Source of the DNA: Chloroflexota bacterium
GTDB taxonomy: Bacteria > Chloroflexota > Chloroflexia > QHBQ01
Direction: 5' to 3'
NCBI GenBank assembly: GCA_043754535.1
Contig: JAYUUN010000078.1
Span: 1 to 33,969, forward strand
DNA length: 33,969 bases
Below are positions 8,420 through 18,402 of the stretch, one piece after another (position 1 is the stretch's first letter; each line of letters starts with the position of its first letter). The position numbers and the translations under genes are program-made. The notes beneath the pieces were generated by a model. It saw nothing but the letters and a program-made list of their open reading frames with translations. It did not search any database and was not told where the DNA came from.

Positions 8420-9644
8420 CGTTCTCTCCCATGACCGCCTTGATCGCGTCTACGATAGCGGTGATAACCCCCTCGTCGTCGTTCCAGCCACCGAGGGTAG
8501 TCAGGCTGGCGGTCAGTGCTGCCCGCTGTTGGGTGGCCGTAATCTGGCGTGGTATGTCGTAGAGGGTAGTCAGGCTGTCGCTGCTGCTAGCGACCGGCAG
8601 GGCAACTATGTGCGTCGCCCCAGCGGCAGCCAGTTGACGACAGGCAGCGGTGATGCTCTCTAGCTGATGCAGCATGGCGGTGGCAACCCGTGCTGGCTGG
8701 TAGCCGCTCTCGATCAACATCGCACACAACAACTGCTCGAACTCCTGCTCCTCTGGGTGCGCCTGTGTCAGCAGCAACACTCCCCCACCCTGCTGCGGGT
8801 GTGCGCTCTCGCTAATGCGCCGCACAAGGCCACGCAGCAATGGCTCGGCGTTCGCCAGCGGGGGGGCATCCCGCACTGCCACCCCATGCTCCTCCAGGTT
8901 GAGGCCGCGCAAGAGGATTGCAGTGCGTTCGCCGCCACTAGCCGCTGCAAGGCGCGGGCGCACTACGATCAGGTGCTGGTAGCCGTCAGCCACTGCCGTC
9001 GCTGCGATCTCCTCCAACCAGGGGTGGTCGTCGCTGAATGCCAGATAGACACGATAGCGGCGGCCCAGCCTCTCCTGCACCTTCTGCGCTACCTTCGTCT
9101 GGATGTGACGCTGGGGGGACTGGCCGAGGGCAGCATAGCGGTCGCGTAGGCGGCTCATGGCGAAGGGGCGCAGGAGAGTGAGGGGGGTAGGCAAGCCCTG
9201 GGCCTGCCGCTGATTGTAGAAGCTGGTCTGCTGGCGGGTCTGGTATCCCTCTGGCTCTGCCGTCGCATAGTAGATCACAGCAGGGCGCAGCTTGCCAAGC
9301 TGATCAACCTGCGGGCGCGCGGCGGGGCGGTCAAGGTCGGAGCGGGCTGTGTTGCGCTCATCCTCGCGGCGGCCCAGCACAAAATAGGCGGTGACAGCGT
9401 AACCGAGGAAGAAAGAGAGCAGCAGGCTGGTCGCGCCAAGCAGCACCTGGAGGCTGGCCCTGCCCCATTCGGCAAAGTCAGTACCGAGCAGCAGGATGGT
9501 GAAGCTCAAGGCCGTGAAGCAGAGAGTGAGCAAGCTGAACAGCCGCCTCGTCCGTTCGTGGTCGGTGATCAAGTAGAAAACAAACATCCCGCCGGTTGCC
9601 AGACCGACCATCACACTCATCGCCAGCAATGGATTGACCAGCAT
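8364..9644 (-). CDS. Membrane-anchored ferrochelatase (class II chelatase)-like protein, active site degenerate
   Basis: Three N-terminal TMs, then RYAALGQSP...VYLAFSDDHPWLEE...GYQHLIVV and DSLTTLYDIP, resembling HemH Y..IG.SP and DHLETLYEID. Start at ATG 9644 after AAGGGG. Confidence 0.75.
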   Translation of the reverse strand: MLVNPLLAMSVMVGLATGGMFVFYLITDHERTRRLFSLLTLCFTALSFTILLLGTDFAEWGRASLQVLLGATSLLLSFFLGYAVTAYFVLGRREDERNTARSDLDRPAARPQVDQLGKLRPAVIYYATAEPEGYQTRQQTSFYNQRQAQGLPTPLTLLRPFAMSRLRDRYAALGQSPQRHIQTKVAQKVQERLGRRYRVYLAFSDDHPWLEEIAATAVADGYQHLIVVRPRLAAASGGERTAILLRGLNLEEHGVAVRDAPPLANAEPLLRGLVRRISESAHPQQGGGVLLLTQAHPEEQEFEQLLCAMLIESGYQPARVATAMLHQLESITAACRQLAAAGATHIVALPVASSSDSLTTLYDIPRQITATQQRAALTASLTTLGGWNDDEGVITAIVDAIKAVMGENDGSTSKPDVQPVYRASQV

Positions 9645-9677
9645 ATGCCACCCCTTATGCCATCCGCTCTGGCGCAC

Positions 9678-9754
9678 ATTATATGTCAAGTTCTCCATCT
9701 TCGCAAGTGGCCCGCTGAACCAAAAAGCGGGCGGTGCCGTATATCTGCTATAAT
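9678..9754. promoter_or_regulatory. Divergent promoter pair
   Basis: TATAAT on minus strand at 9678-9683 and TGCTATAAT on plus strand at 9746-9754, between divergent starts 9644 and 9807. Confidence 0.55.
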
Positions 9755-9806
9755 AGCAGCGCAGCGACCACACCACCGCTGGCAGCACGCCACCTTGAAA
9801 GGTACT

Positions 9807-10583
9807 ATGATGGAGAACACCCACAGCAGCCAACAACCGCGTATCAACTATGCCGCCCCGCTTGTGGCCGCTATCCTCAGCAGTAGCTTCCTGCTACTGC
9901 TCACCATGCTACTGCTCTATCTAAGCGTGAGCAACGCCCTCAACACCAGCGAGGGAGGGCTGCTGCTGATTTGCGGCCTGGGGGCGATCCTCTTTCTGGT
10001 CGCTGGCTGCTTCTTCGCCGTCGCTACCTTCAAGGGCGTGCGCGACCTCTTTACCCCCCTGCAAACTATCGCTGGCACCGTAGTCGGCCTCAACAATCGC
10101 GGGCAGGACGTGCCGCAGATGATGCCCACCACGCCTAGCTTCCGGCGCAATGCCGCCCCCAATGCCCTTAGTGGCGACAAAGGCAGCCGCCGCCAGAGTC
10201 CGCCCTTCTGGTTGGTGATCGACCCCGACCTGGGTAGCCGCCTCGGATCAGCCACCCCGCCTCCCTCACCACCAGCCAGCCAGTCAGTTGCCCCCAGCAC
10301 CCGTCGGGTTTTTGGAGTCAGCGAAGCAGCCATGGAGCAACCCGGCTCTGAGCGCAAAGAGCCTGACCCACCCACCAGCGACGATCTCCGCCTCGTCCTT
10401 GCCAATCGGGCAGCCCACAGCCGCCAACTGATCCGCTTCCGCGTAGACCGCCCGGCCTACGAAGCCGTCCACACTGGCAATCGGGTGGTTATCGCCCACT
10501 CACGCTACCTCGAACACGTCTACTACGTACAGCGGCTCGACGAGTTCGGCAGCCAAACGATCCTCAACAAGTCGCTGCTCTAG
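9807..10583 (+). CDS. Hypothetical membrane protein (2 N-terminal TMs)
   Basis: ATG 9807 after AAAGG; two hydrophobic helices, low-complexity middle, C-terminal FRVDRPAYEAVHTGNRVVIAHSRYLEHV. Confidence 0.75.
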   Translation: MMENTHSSQQPRINYAAPLVAAILSSSFLLLLTMLLLYLSVSNALNTSEGGLLLICGLGAILFLVAGCFFAVATFKGVRDLFTPLQTIAGTVVGLNNRGQDVPQMMPTTPSFRRNAAPNALSGDKGSRRQSPPFWLVIDPDLGSRLGSATPPPSPPASQSVAPSTRRVFGVSEAAMEQPGSERKEPDPPTSDDLRLVLANRAAHSRQLIRFRVDRPAYEAVHTGNRVVIAHSRYLEHVYYVQRLDEFGSQTILNKSLL

Positions 10584-10603
10584 CAACTGGTCAAGTAGGG
10601 GTG

Positions 10604-11905
10604 TTACATCCGCCCACGCGGGGTGTTGTCAACCATCCGTTCGCTGCGTTGCACTGGCACAGCAAGGAACTCGCCCAGCCGCTCACCGAGGTCGGGGCCG
10701 AGGGCGGGAGCGTGCAGGTACTCTAGCCAATCGGTCAGCGACTTGCGATCCTTGCTGCGCAGGAGCAAGTCGTGGATGTGCTTGTGGCTGTAGCGGTCGA
10801 AGCTGTCCCGCGCCTCAACAGCGGCGATCTCGCTGAGGTCACAGAGCGGCTTGCCATCGTAGCTGAGGCTACCCTTCGCCCGGTCGAACACGGCAGTCTC
10901 CAGACCATCGTCACCGCTCTTGAGGTAATATTCATAGAGGGTGATTGCGCCGAAGATCAACACGCCCAGTCCTGCCAGCAATGCGCCGCCCAGCCGAATC
11001 GCCGACCAGATGCCACCGGATAGAGCGAGGTAGCGGGAGGCAAAGTATAGCCCCCCACCCATGACAACCATGCCGCCAATCCAGGTACCAAAGCGTTTGT
11101 TGAAGCGGTCAGCCAGCTTCGGTCGCTTGCGCTGGATGGTCAGGCGGTTCTCGTCGCTCTCGCCCTTGATCACCTGCCAGAGGGTAGAGGTAGGGCTATC
11201 GCTCGCCCCCCCAGCCGAGGATGCACCATAGTCCTGCGACAAGTCCCAGCTTGGCCGACCGCTCTGCGCGGCTGACTCGCCTTCGGCTCCACTGCGAACT
11301 GTTCCCTGCCAGTCGGCATAGTTCTGGGCGGGTTCTGCCGCAGCCTCCACTTGCGCGGTCGCAGCGTAGTAGCGGGGAGGTGTATTTTCTGCCGCTTGTG
11401 AGCCTGCGCCGTAGTAGCGGGGCAGTACTGGTTGCGCGAAGTTGAGGGCCGCAGGGGGCTGGGCGGGCGGCTGGTAGGCTGGCTGCGCTGGTGGTTGATA
11501 GCTTGGTTGCTGGTAAATTGGCTGCTGATAAATTGGCTGCTGGTAGCTGCTGGGCTGGAAGGGGGCAGGCGGGGCTGTATCTGCCGTCTCTGTAGCAGGT
11601 ACTCCCAGGAAGCGAGCCAGGGCAGTGGCGAACTGACGGGCCGCCTGGGGATCGGCGTAGCTACGCAGCGGGGCCGTTCCCATGCTGCTGCCGAGCGCGA
11701 CCAGGCTGCGCCCGCCAGCCATCGTCGTCTCCACCTGGGCGATCTGGTAGAGAGGGAGCGGCTCAGCCCCCTCAACCTGGAAGCTGCCTGCCTGTCGGTC
11801 GAACAGCCCCGGCTTCTTCGTGCCGTCCTGCTCGACGAGGATCGCCAGCTTGCTGCCGTCCTCAGTCACGAAAGTCTCTGGTGCCTCATAAGGTAGCCAA
11901 GCCAT
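10604..11905 (-). CDS. Hypothetical membrane protein with a duplicated small domain and Gln/Pro repeats
   Basis: ATG 11905 with GAGGAG RBS; two central TMs; FDR..GS..-..L..I..VE..-..L..FL.VP appears at both termini. Confidence 0.75.
   Translation of the reverse strand: MAWLPYEAPETFVTEDGSKLAILVEQDGTKKPGLFDRQAGSFQVEGAEPLPLYQIAQVETTMAGGRSLVALGSSMGTAPLRSYADPQAARQFATALARFLGVPATETADTAPPAPFQPSSYQQPIYQQPIYQQPSYQPPAQPAYQPPAQPPAALNFAQPVLPRYYGAGSQAAENTPPRYYAATAQVEAAAEPAQNYADWQGTVRSGAEGESAAQSGRPSWDLSQDYGASSAGGASDSPTSTLWQVIKGESDENRLTIQRKRPKLADRFNKRFGTWIGGMVVMGGGLYFASRYLALSGGIWSAIRLGGALLAGLGVLIFGAITLYEYYLKSGDDGLETAVFDRAKGSLSYDGKPLCDLSEIAAVEARDSFDRYSHKHIHDLLLRSKDRKSLTDWLEYLHAPALGPDLGERLGEFLAVPVQRSERMVDNTPRGRM
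11460..11550 (-). repeat. Coding tandem repeats YQQP(I/S)/YQPPAQP
   Basis: 15-bp unit taaattggctgctg(a/g) repeated; protein SYQQPIYQQPIYQQPSYQPPAQPAYQPPAQPP. Confidence 0.8.
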
Positions 11906-11994
11906 AACCGCCACTCCTCTCTAAGCACAATGTGCAGATTTATTATACACTAACTTGCCTGCGGCTGGATAGTAGAGGGTGGCGGTTGACGCTG

Positions 11995-12115
11995 GGGGCG
12001 AGTGAGCTTGACCCAGCCAGCGGCAGCGGTTATTACAGACGCACCCAGGTCCACCGCTACAAGAAGGATGACAAGCAAGCGGCTCTCATCAACTTCCAGA
12101 AGGGGCAGACCTGGG
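11995..12115 (+). pseudogene. Possible TPR gene remnant
   Basis: Reads ASELDPASGSGYYRRTQVHRYKKDDKQAALINFQKG, like the TPR consensus (A..LDP....AYY.R...Y...D...A..DFQKA); no convincing start. Confidence 0.4.
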
Positions 12116-12166
12116 CCACGCGCGAGCGAAGACGAAGGTGGTACAGTTGCAGGGTAGCCTACACTG

Positions 12167-14589
12167 TCAGTTTGACATTAGGCCGAGGTAGAGTATCTTG
12201 CTAATCTGGCCGCGCGTGACGCTGCTGTTTGGCTCAAAGTGGGTGAGGTCAGTGCCGTTGACCACGCCTCGGTTGTAGGCGGTCTCCACTGCGTCGTAGA
12301 AGAAACTGCTGGCTGGCACGTCGCTGAAGTGCGGCCCACCCACCACGTTCGTCGCCCAGCCAAAGGCCCGGCCCACGATGATCGTGGTTTGGCCCCGACT
12401 GATCTGGTCGTTGGGCTTGAAGCAGGGTGGCGTAGTTCCCCCACATTGGACCGCCTGCGCGTAACCGGTAACTGCTCCGTTGGCGGCGGCGGTCTCGATG
12501 TAGCGGTAGAGGATGTTGCTGGTTGGCACGTCGTTGAAGGTCGGCGTGGTCGGGTTGACGATAGCCCAGCCCCGCGCCAGGCTGATCATCTTGGCGAACT
12601 GGGAGCGGCTGGCGTTGGCATTGGGGCTGAAGACGTGGTTGCCAGTGCCGCCGACGATCCCAGCGCAGGAGAGGTAGCGGATTGGCCCCGCCGCGAAGTA
12701 GCCCGCTGGCACGTCGGTGTAGTAGTCGAGACACTCCGCACTGTAGTGCAGCAAGCTGCTACCCGCCGCCCAGCCCTCGGTTGGGCTGACAAAGCTGATG
12801 CTGGGGAGGGAGGAGCCAGTAGGATTGTTGACCTCCTGCCAAGTGCCATTCTGATAATGCAACAGCGGCCCGCTACCGCTAGCCCAGCCTTCGGTGGCGG
12901 AGAGCATCTGGATATCGCGGATAGAGGAGTGGCACGCGGATTTGGGTCCAACTGCTACCATCCTAATGCAGCAGGTTGCCCGAACTGCTGGGGTTGTAGC
13001 CACCGATCCAGACATCGTTGGCAGCACGGGCATGGACAGCGGCCAGGCGGATGATGCTGTTGGGGGATGTAACTGCCAGCCAACTAGTACCGTCGTAGTG
13101 GTAGATGAGGGGAAGCGCAGTGGGCGAGACAAGGGCAGTAACCCCAATTGCCCAGCCGTCGTTCGGGTTAAGGAAATCGAAAGCTGTCACTTCAGGTATG
13201 TAAGTCCCACCTGCTCTGGTTGGCAGGGCGACCGCAACCAGAGACTGTCAGTGTAGTGGTAGGGGGTGGTTAGTGGACTGGGCCAACTGGGGAAGCGGTG
13301 ACTGAGCCAACCTTCACTGGCACTAACCATCTGTATCCTGTCGCCACCGGGTTGCGAGGGCATGATGGTGGAGGTAGCAGTACCGTTCCAGTGCGCGATC
13401 TCTGCGTTCAGACCCACCGCCCATACATCGTTGGTAGCACTGCCAGAGAGCGCGTAGATTTCGTAGCCGTCCCCAACCTGCGTGTTGTTGTGCCTGAGGG
13501 AGATGCCGCCGATGTTACTACCACAGTTAGAGTCTCCAGTGATGCTGCTATGGAAGTAGTCGTTGCTAGCAGCACTAAAGATAGAATGACTACGTGTGAA
13601 AGGGTTGCAGTTCCCAGCTGGCTGCATGGGCTGACTGGCGGCCACTATCCGCTGCCAGGTGCCAGCAGTGTAGTGCAGAACAGAGGGACTGTTGAAACCT
13701 CCCGTACCTGCCCAGCCTTCGGTGGCATTGAGCATATAGATGGTGTCAACAGTGAGATCATTGTTCATCGCTGGCAGCACTGCCTGCGTCCAGGTACCAT
13801 TGTTGTAGTGGAAGATAGACCAGGCATTACCAACCAGCCAACCCTCGGTCGGGCTGACCCACGACATTTGGTAGATAGTGACAGTGGGCGTGATTGGGGT
13901 GGCAACCTCCTGCCAACTGTTGCCCGTATAGTGCAGCAGGCTGGCGCGCGAGTGCTGGCTATCGGTATAGACCCGGCCAACAGCCCGCGCCTCACCTGGC
14001 CCCACAATGTCTACGTCGTACAGGCTGCTGGTTGCAGAGAGGGGGCTGGTTGAACGCAGCCAATCACTACCGCTCAGCCGCAAGATAGTATTGCCCTTCC
14101 CCACGGCCCAACCCTCGCTGGCGGTCGCATCTACGGTGTAGAGGGTAGTGCTGACTGGGGAGGGGTAACTACCCCAACTGCTATTGTAGAACCGCTTGAT
14201 GGTGCCAACCTGACCTACGATCCACCCGCTGCTGGCCGTACCATCTTGACCCCGTAGTAGCTGGGGTAGGCGATCTGCCAGGCCGAAGGCTCTGCTACTG
14301 CTGGGGCGGCGAATGGGTTGCCAGCGGCAAACTTGTTTGGCACCTGCTGTGGCTGCTGGGTTGTGGGTTGAGCAGTGGGTTTGCTTTGGTCGGTGGTGGG
14401 CGGCGTGGCTGCTGACTTAGGCTAGTCGGTGGTCGGTGCAGCCACGGGTAGGCTGCCCTCCTGCTTGCTGGCGGGGCTGGCTGGTTGATCGCTGGCTGGG
14501 CCATTGCTGGCGGCGGCCTGGCTGCTACCAATCAGCAGCATCGCTACGACGAGCAGGGCTATTAGCCCACTGGAACGGTTGCTGGACAT
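12167..14589 (-). pseudogene. Secreted beta-propeller repeat + SLH protein (about 800 aa), disrupted
   Basis: GGAGGAG RBS, ATG 14589, signal peptide MSSNRSSGLIALLVVAMLLIGSSQAAA; in-frame TAG at 14422-14424 and 12963-12965; frameshifts near 14239, 13238 and 12935; about 12 blades, then three SLH repeats (TDVP, SRSQFAKMI, NDVP, SDVP, VTRGQISKI). Confidence 0.85.
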
Positions 14590-14675
14590 GATTGCTCCTC
14601 CATAGTGTTTCGCACTAACACATCTTACTTGATGTACATCCGCAGCCGCTTTGCTTCAACAGCTCGCCAAATGGA

Positions 14676-14703
14676 ATGAGCTACCCCGTGCTGGGTAGCT
14701 CAT
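14676..14703 (-). terminator. Hairpin, probable terminator of the ECF/anti-sigma operon
   Basis: Perfect 11-bp inverted repeat ATGAGCTACCC-6 nt-GGGTAGCTCAT; weak U tract (TCCATTT on minus). Confidence 0.55.
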
Positions 14704-14781
14704 CTAATGCGTTATGTCTCCTCGATAGCAGTGCTTGCAAGGTAGCGACGAGTTGGCGCAGAGCGGATGTGGGAGGATGCT

Positions 14782-17700
14782 TCAGTCTTTGCTCCACTGC
14801 CCACCCTGGTAGTGCAGGATCAGCCCGAACCCGCCGACAGCCCAACCCTCCCTGGCAGAGAGCATAGTCAGGGCATGGAGGTTGGTGTTCACCCCAAACT
14901 CCACTGGCTGCCAGTTGCCAGCCACGTAGTGCAGCAGGGGATTGTGCAACAGGCCATCGCTGCTAGCAAAGCTACCGCTGCTAACCGCCCAGCCTTCCTG
15001 GGCTGAAGTCAGTAGCAGGCTGCCCAGGTGCGCGTTGGTCGGGCTGGCAACCTGCCGCCAGCTACCCTGCTCGTAGCGCAAGAGGGTGCCGTAGGTGCCA
15101 ACTGCCCATCCTTCTGCCGCCGAAGTCAGGTAGACGCTGGTCAGATAGCTGTTGAGGTCGGGCAGCGCATACTTCGTCCAGCGACCAGCCTGGTAGTGCA
15201 GGATGGTGGGGTGCAGGCGGGTGTTGATGCCGTAGTAGTTGGCGATGCTACCGTAGCCACCGACCGCCCAGCCCTCGTCGGCGGTGGGCATAGCGATGTC
15301 GTAGAGGGTGTCGCTGCTGTCGGTAGCCACCGCCTGCCATTTACCGGCCTGGTAGTGCAGGATAGTACCATTCTCGCCCACGATCCAACCGTCAGTAGGA
15401 GAGCGCAACAACACTTTGTTAAGGTGGCTATGGCTGGGGCTATCGCTCACCACCCACTTGCCAGCTTCGAGGTGCAGGATGGTGCCGCCGCTACCCACGA
15501 TCCAACCCTCGTTACCGACCAGAGCGATGCTGTTCAGGTTGGCCTGGGTTGGGCTGGCTGCCACCGACCACGCACCCGCCTGGTAGTGCAAGATGGTGCC
15601 GTAGCGACCGCTGGCCCAACCCTCAGCTGGGCTGCTCATCTGCACCGCGAACAGGTCGGCGTTGTTGTAGCTTTGCGCTTCAAGCCAGCGACCATCCTGG
15701 TAGTGCAGGATCGCTTTGTCCCCGACGATCCAACCGCCGCCAGCCGCGTCTAGCCGCACAGCCCGCAACTTGCCAGGAACAGGGCTGTCCTGGGCGGTCA
15801 ACTTGCCAGCCTGGTAGTGCAGGATGCTGGCCTGTTCGCTGCCAGCAGCGGCGTTGCCCACAATCCAGCCCTCGTCCGCCCAGCTCATGGAGATGCTGTT
15901 CAGCCCCCCACTCGCGGCTTTAGCCGCCACCTGCCAGTCCTTGCCGTCATAGTGCAGGACAATACCATGCTGCCGCCCATCTTTGTCGCGCTCAGTGCCG
16001 ACGACCCAGCCGTTGCTAGCCGACACCATCACTACATCGTTCAGGTCAGCCTGGGTGGGGCCGAGCAGCGGCGCGTTGCTGCCATTCACCCCGCCGTAGC
16101 CAGCGACGATCTGCCAGCGGCCCGCCTGGTAGTGTAGGATAGTACCAGCATCACCGACCGCCCAGCCTTCATCCACTGCTAGCATCTGGATAGCCCGCAG
16201 CGGCACATCGGCTGGGCAATCCACCGCCGCCCACTTACCGCCACTGTAGCGGAGCAACTGGCCGAAGTGTGTGCCACCCTCGGCCATACCACCGACTGCC
16301 CAGCCCTCACTAGCCGAAGTCATCTGCACGTCGTGGAGGATGTAGCTGTTGGCGGGTAGGCTCTCGCGCTGCCACTGGCCGTGCTGGTAGTGCAGGATCA
16401 GGCCCTTAAAGCTGTTGCTGCTGGTCTGCCCTACCACCCAGCCCTCGTCTTTATCTACCATGTAGATAGCGTTGAAGGTGTAGCTGCTGTCCAGCCCCTC
16501 GACCTTTGTCCAGCGACCATGCTGGTAGTGGAGGATGCCGCCACCCACCGCCCAGCCTTCGTCTGCCGTCACCATCTGGATAGCCCGCATATAGCCCAGC
16601 GCGGTGGGGGCAGGGACATCGCTGTTTGGAGGGAACACGGTGGCATTGACCCCTGGAGCAGACTGTACATCGGTGGCGACTGGCGAGGGCAGGCCCGCAT
16701 CAGCGGTGGCATAGTCGCTAGCCATGCTGGTCAGGGCGGCAGGCGGCACTTCGGTGGCAGTAGGGGTGATCGTTGGCGCAGAAGCAGGCGGGCCACTAGC
16801 CGCTACCTGCTTGAGCGAAGCCGCCACCTGCACCAACACTGCGTCGGGGTAGACCGCGCTGTTAACATCAATCAGGGTGTTGTCGCGTACCATGATCAGC
16901 GAGGTTTGCTGCTCTGCGCCGCTCTGCGTACGTACCAGCCAGCCTTGCGCGTCTGCCACAGCAACCTTCTCTGCCGCTTGCAGACCGTCGCGGTCGTTCT
17001 GGCTGACCCGGTACTGGCTGATCGTCAGCCAGTTGCGATTATCAAGGGGTGGCATTACCGCCGCACCCAGTACACGACTGTACCTATTGCGTTTGCTGGA
17101 TTCCTCTTTGGTTAGATAGCTGAGGGTCAAAGGGCCACGGCTACCGTCATTGTAGAGCGAGGCAGGCGGCACCAGTGCAGCAGGTATGTAGCTCGGCAGG
17201 TAGATGGCGAACTCGCGGCTGCTGACCACCAGCGGGTCGGGCTGGGGAGCGGCGGTGGCGGGGTTGGGCGGCAGATTGAAGTTGATCGCCACGCTGTTTG
17301 CGGGCATCGTGAAGCTGAACAACTGGGCAGCAAGTGGCGCGTTGTAGCTGATTGCGGTTACTTCGTCAGTATACATCTTGCCGCCAGTACGCTGGTCGCG
17401 CACCTCGTACTTGAGCGGGAAGTAGCTATCATGGTCGAACCAGTACCACACCCTCGCTATGTTGGTTGGTGCGCTACCTGATTGCCCGACTGGGGCAGAC
17501 CAGCTACAATCGCTACGGCTAGAGAGCGAGCCAATCTCCACCACATACGCCTCGCGGCCAGCTACCGTCTCAACCCCGTGCAGGGTCGGTACGTAGCAAC
17601 CACTGGCGTTGAGGATCGTCTGGCTACTGCCAATATCCAGTAGGCTGCCAACTATACTCTGCTGCGCTGACAAGGCCTCCACGTATACCTCGCCAGCCGG

Positions 17701-18402
17701 TGGGCTGAACCACCATTGGTGGCTGCCGTCGCTAAGATTGAGGTAGCTGAGGTCTTGGGGCTGGCCGTAATTACCCCGGCCAGGGAAGGTAGACTGCTGG
17801 CGGTTGGGTGTTTCGCGCCGCCAGCGGTTGGGCGGCTGATACCAGAGGCGGGTTTCGTCGGCATGGTTTAGCTGCACCGGGTTGAGCGACCAACTAGACT
17901 GCCGCCGCGTGAGAGCAAAAGCTGGCACTTGCTCGCTGTCGAGCAGCACTTTGGCGCGAGCAAGCACTTCTGCTACGTCCTTCGCTTCGGGGTAGGCGGG
18001 CAGGGTGGGCATCGCCTGGGGGACAGGGCCAAGCCGCTGCGCCCGATCCGCCAACGCCCCCGCAAACCACAGGCCGCCGACTACCAGCAGTAGCAGCAAC
18101 CCAGCGGTAGCCAGCCGGTTGACCAGCCAGATAGTGGCGCGTTGGGGCTGGCCCCCTGGCTGCCCGGTCAGCGGGCTGGCTACGCCCACCCGATTTTCGC
18201 TGGCGATCTCGACTGCCAGCCGTTGTTGCAACAGGTTGGCGAAGTCGGCAGAGGGAGCAGGGGGCTGCACTACCGCCTGGATTTGCCGCACGGTGGCAGC
18301 CAGTCTCGGCTCAAGACCAGCGGGTGGCTGCCCCTCACCAGCGCGCAAGGCCAGGCTGTACTCACTCAGCAGTTGCGCTTGTTGCTCCTCACCTGCGCTC
18401 AT
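14782..18402 (-). CDS. Putative anti-sigma factor: N-terminal cytoplasmic domain, TM, LolA/RseB-like domain, Thr/Pro linker, 14 beta-propeller blades
   Basis: ATGA overlap with ECF sigma; PSADFANLLQQRL before TM; LWYQPPNRWRRE, GVETVAGREAYVVE, YWFDHDSYFPLK, LFSFTMP (LolA-like); IYLPSYIP (DUF4367-like); 14 copies of M....EGW.VG...ILHY..G.W. Confidence 0.85.
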   Translation of the reverse strand: MSAGEEQQAQLLSEYSLALRAGEGQPPAGLEPRLAATVRQIQAVVQPPAPSADFANLLQQRLAVEIASENRVGVASPLTGQPGGQPQRATIWLVNRLATAGLLLLLVVGGLWFAGALADRAQRLGPVPQAMPTLPAYPEAKDVAEVLARAKVLLDSEQVPAFALTRRQSSWSLNPVQLNHADETRLWYQPPNRWRRETPNRQQSTFPGRGNYGQPQDLSYLNLSDGSHQWWFSPPAGEVYVEALSAQQSIVGSLLDIGSSQTILNASGCYVPTLHGVETVAGREAYVVEIGSLSSRSDCSWSAPVGQSGSAPTNIARVWYWFDHDSYFPLKYEVRDQRTGGKMYTDEVTAISYNAPLAAQLFSFTMPANSVAINFNLPPNPATAAPQPDPLVVSSREFAIYLPSYIPAALVPPASLYNDGSRGPLTLSYLTKEESSKRNRYSRVLGAAVMPPLDNRNWLTISQYRVSQNDRDGLQAAEKVAVADAQGWLVRTQSGAEQQTSLIMVRDNTLIDVNSAVYPDAVLVQVAASLKQVAASGPPASAPTITPTATEVPPAALTSMASDYATADAGLPSPVATDVQSAPGVNATVFPPNSDVPAPTALGYMRAIQMVTADEGWAVGGGILHYQHGRWTKVEGLDSSYTFNAIYMVDKDEGWVVGQTSSNSFKGLILHYQHGQWQRESLPANSYILHDVQMTSASEGWAVGGMAEGGTHFGQLLRYSGGKWAAVDCPADVPLRAIQMLAVDEGWAVGDAGTILHYQAGRWQIVAGYGGVNGSNAPLLGPTQADLNDVVMVSASNGWVVGTERDKDGRQHGIVLHYDGKDWQVAAKAASGGLNSISMSWADEGWIVGNAAAGSEQASILHYQAGKLTAQDSPVPGKLRAVRLDAAGGGWIVGDKAILHYQDGRWLEAQSYNNADLFAVQMSSPAEGWASGRYGTILHYQAGAWSVAASPTQANLNSIALVGNEGWIVGSGGTILHLEAGKWVVSDSPSHSHLNKVLLRSPTDGWIVGENGTILHYQAGKWQAVATDSSDTLYDIAMPTADEGWAVGGYGSIANYYGINTRLHPTILHYQAGRWTKYALPDLNSYLTSVYLTSAAEGWAVGTYGTLLRYEQGSWRQVASPTNAHLGSLLLTSAQEGWAVSSGSFASSDGLLHNPLLHYVAGNWQPVEFGVNTNLHALTMLSAREGWAVGGFGLILHYQGGQWSKD

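Noticed and set aside
9645..9836. N-terminal ORF extensions (to 9836 and from 9558; also to 1276, 32201, 32694)
   Set aside because: They cross promoters or neighbouring genes and lack similarity; most internal starts have better RBS or promoter support.
12963..14424. Amber readthrough or recoding of the two in-frame TAG codons
   Set aside because: The same gene has three frameshifts and TAG is the normal stop of several intact genes here (4354, 7426, 10583, 20152, 31022).
14782..16600. Photosystem II assembly factor YCF48 function
   Set aside because: Only the blade motif is shared; architecture and context are unrelated to photosynthesis.
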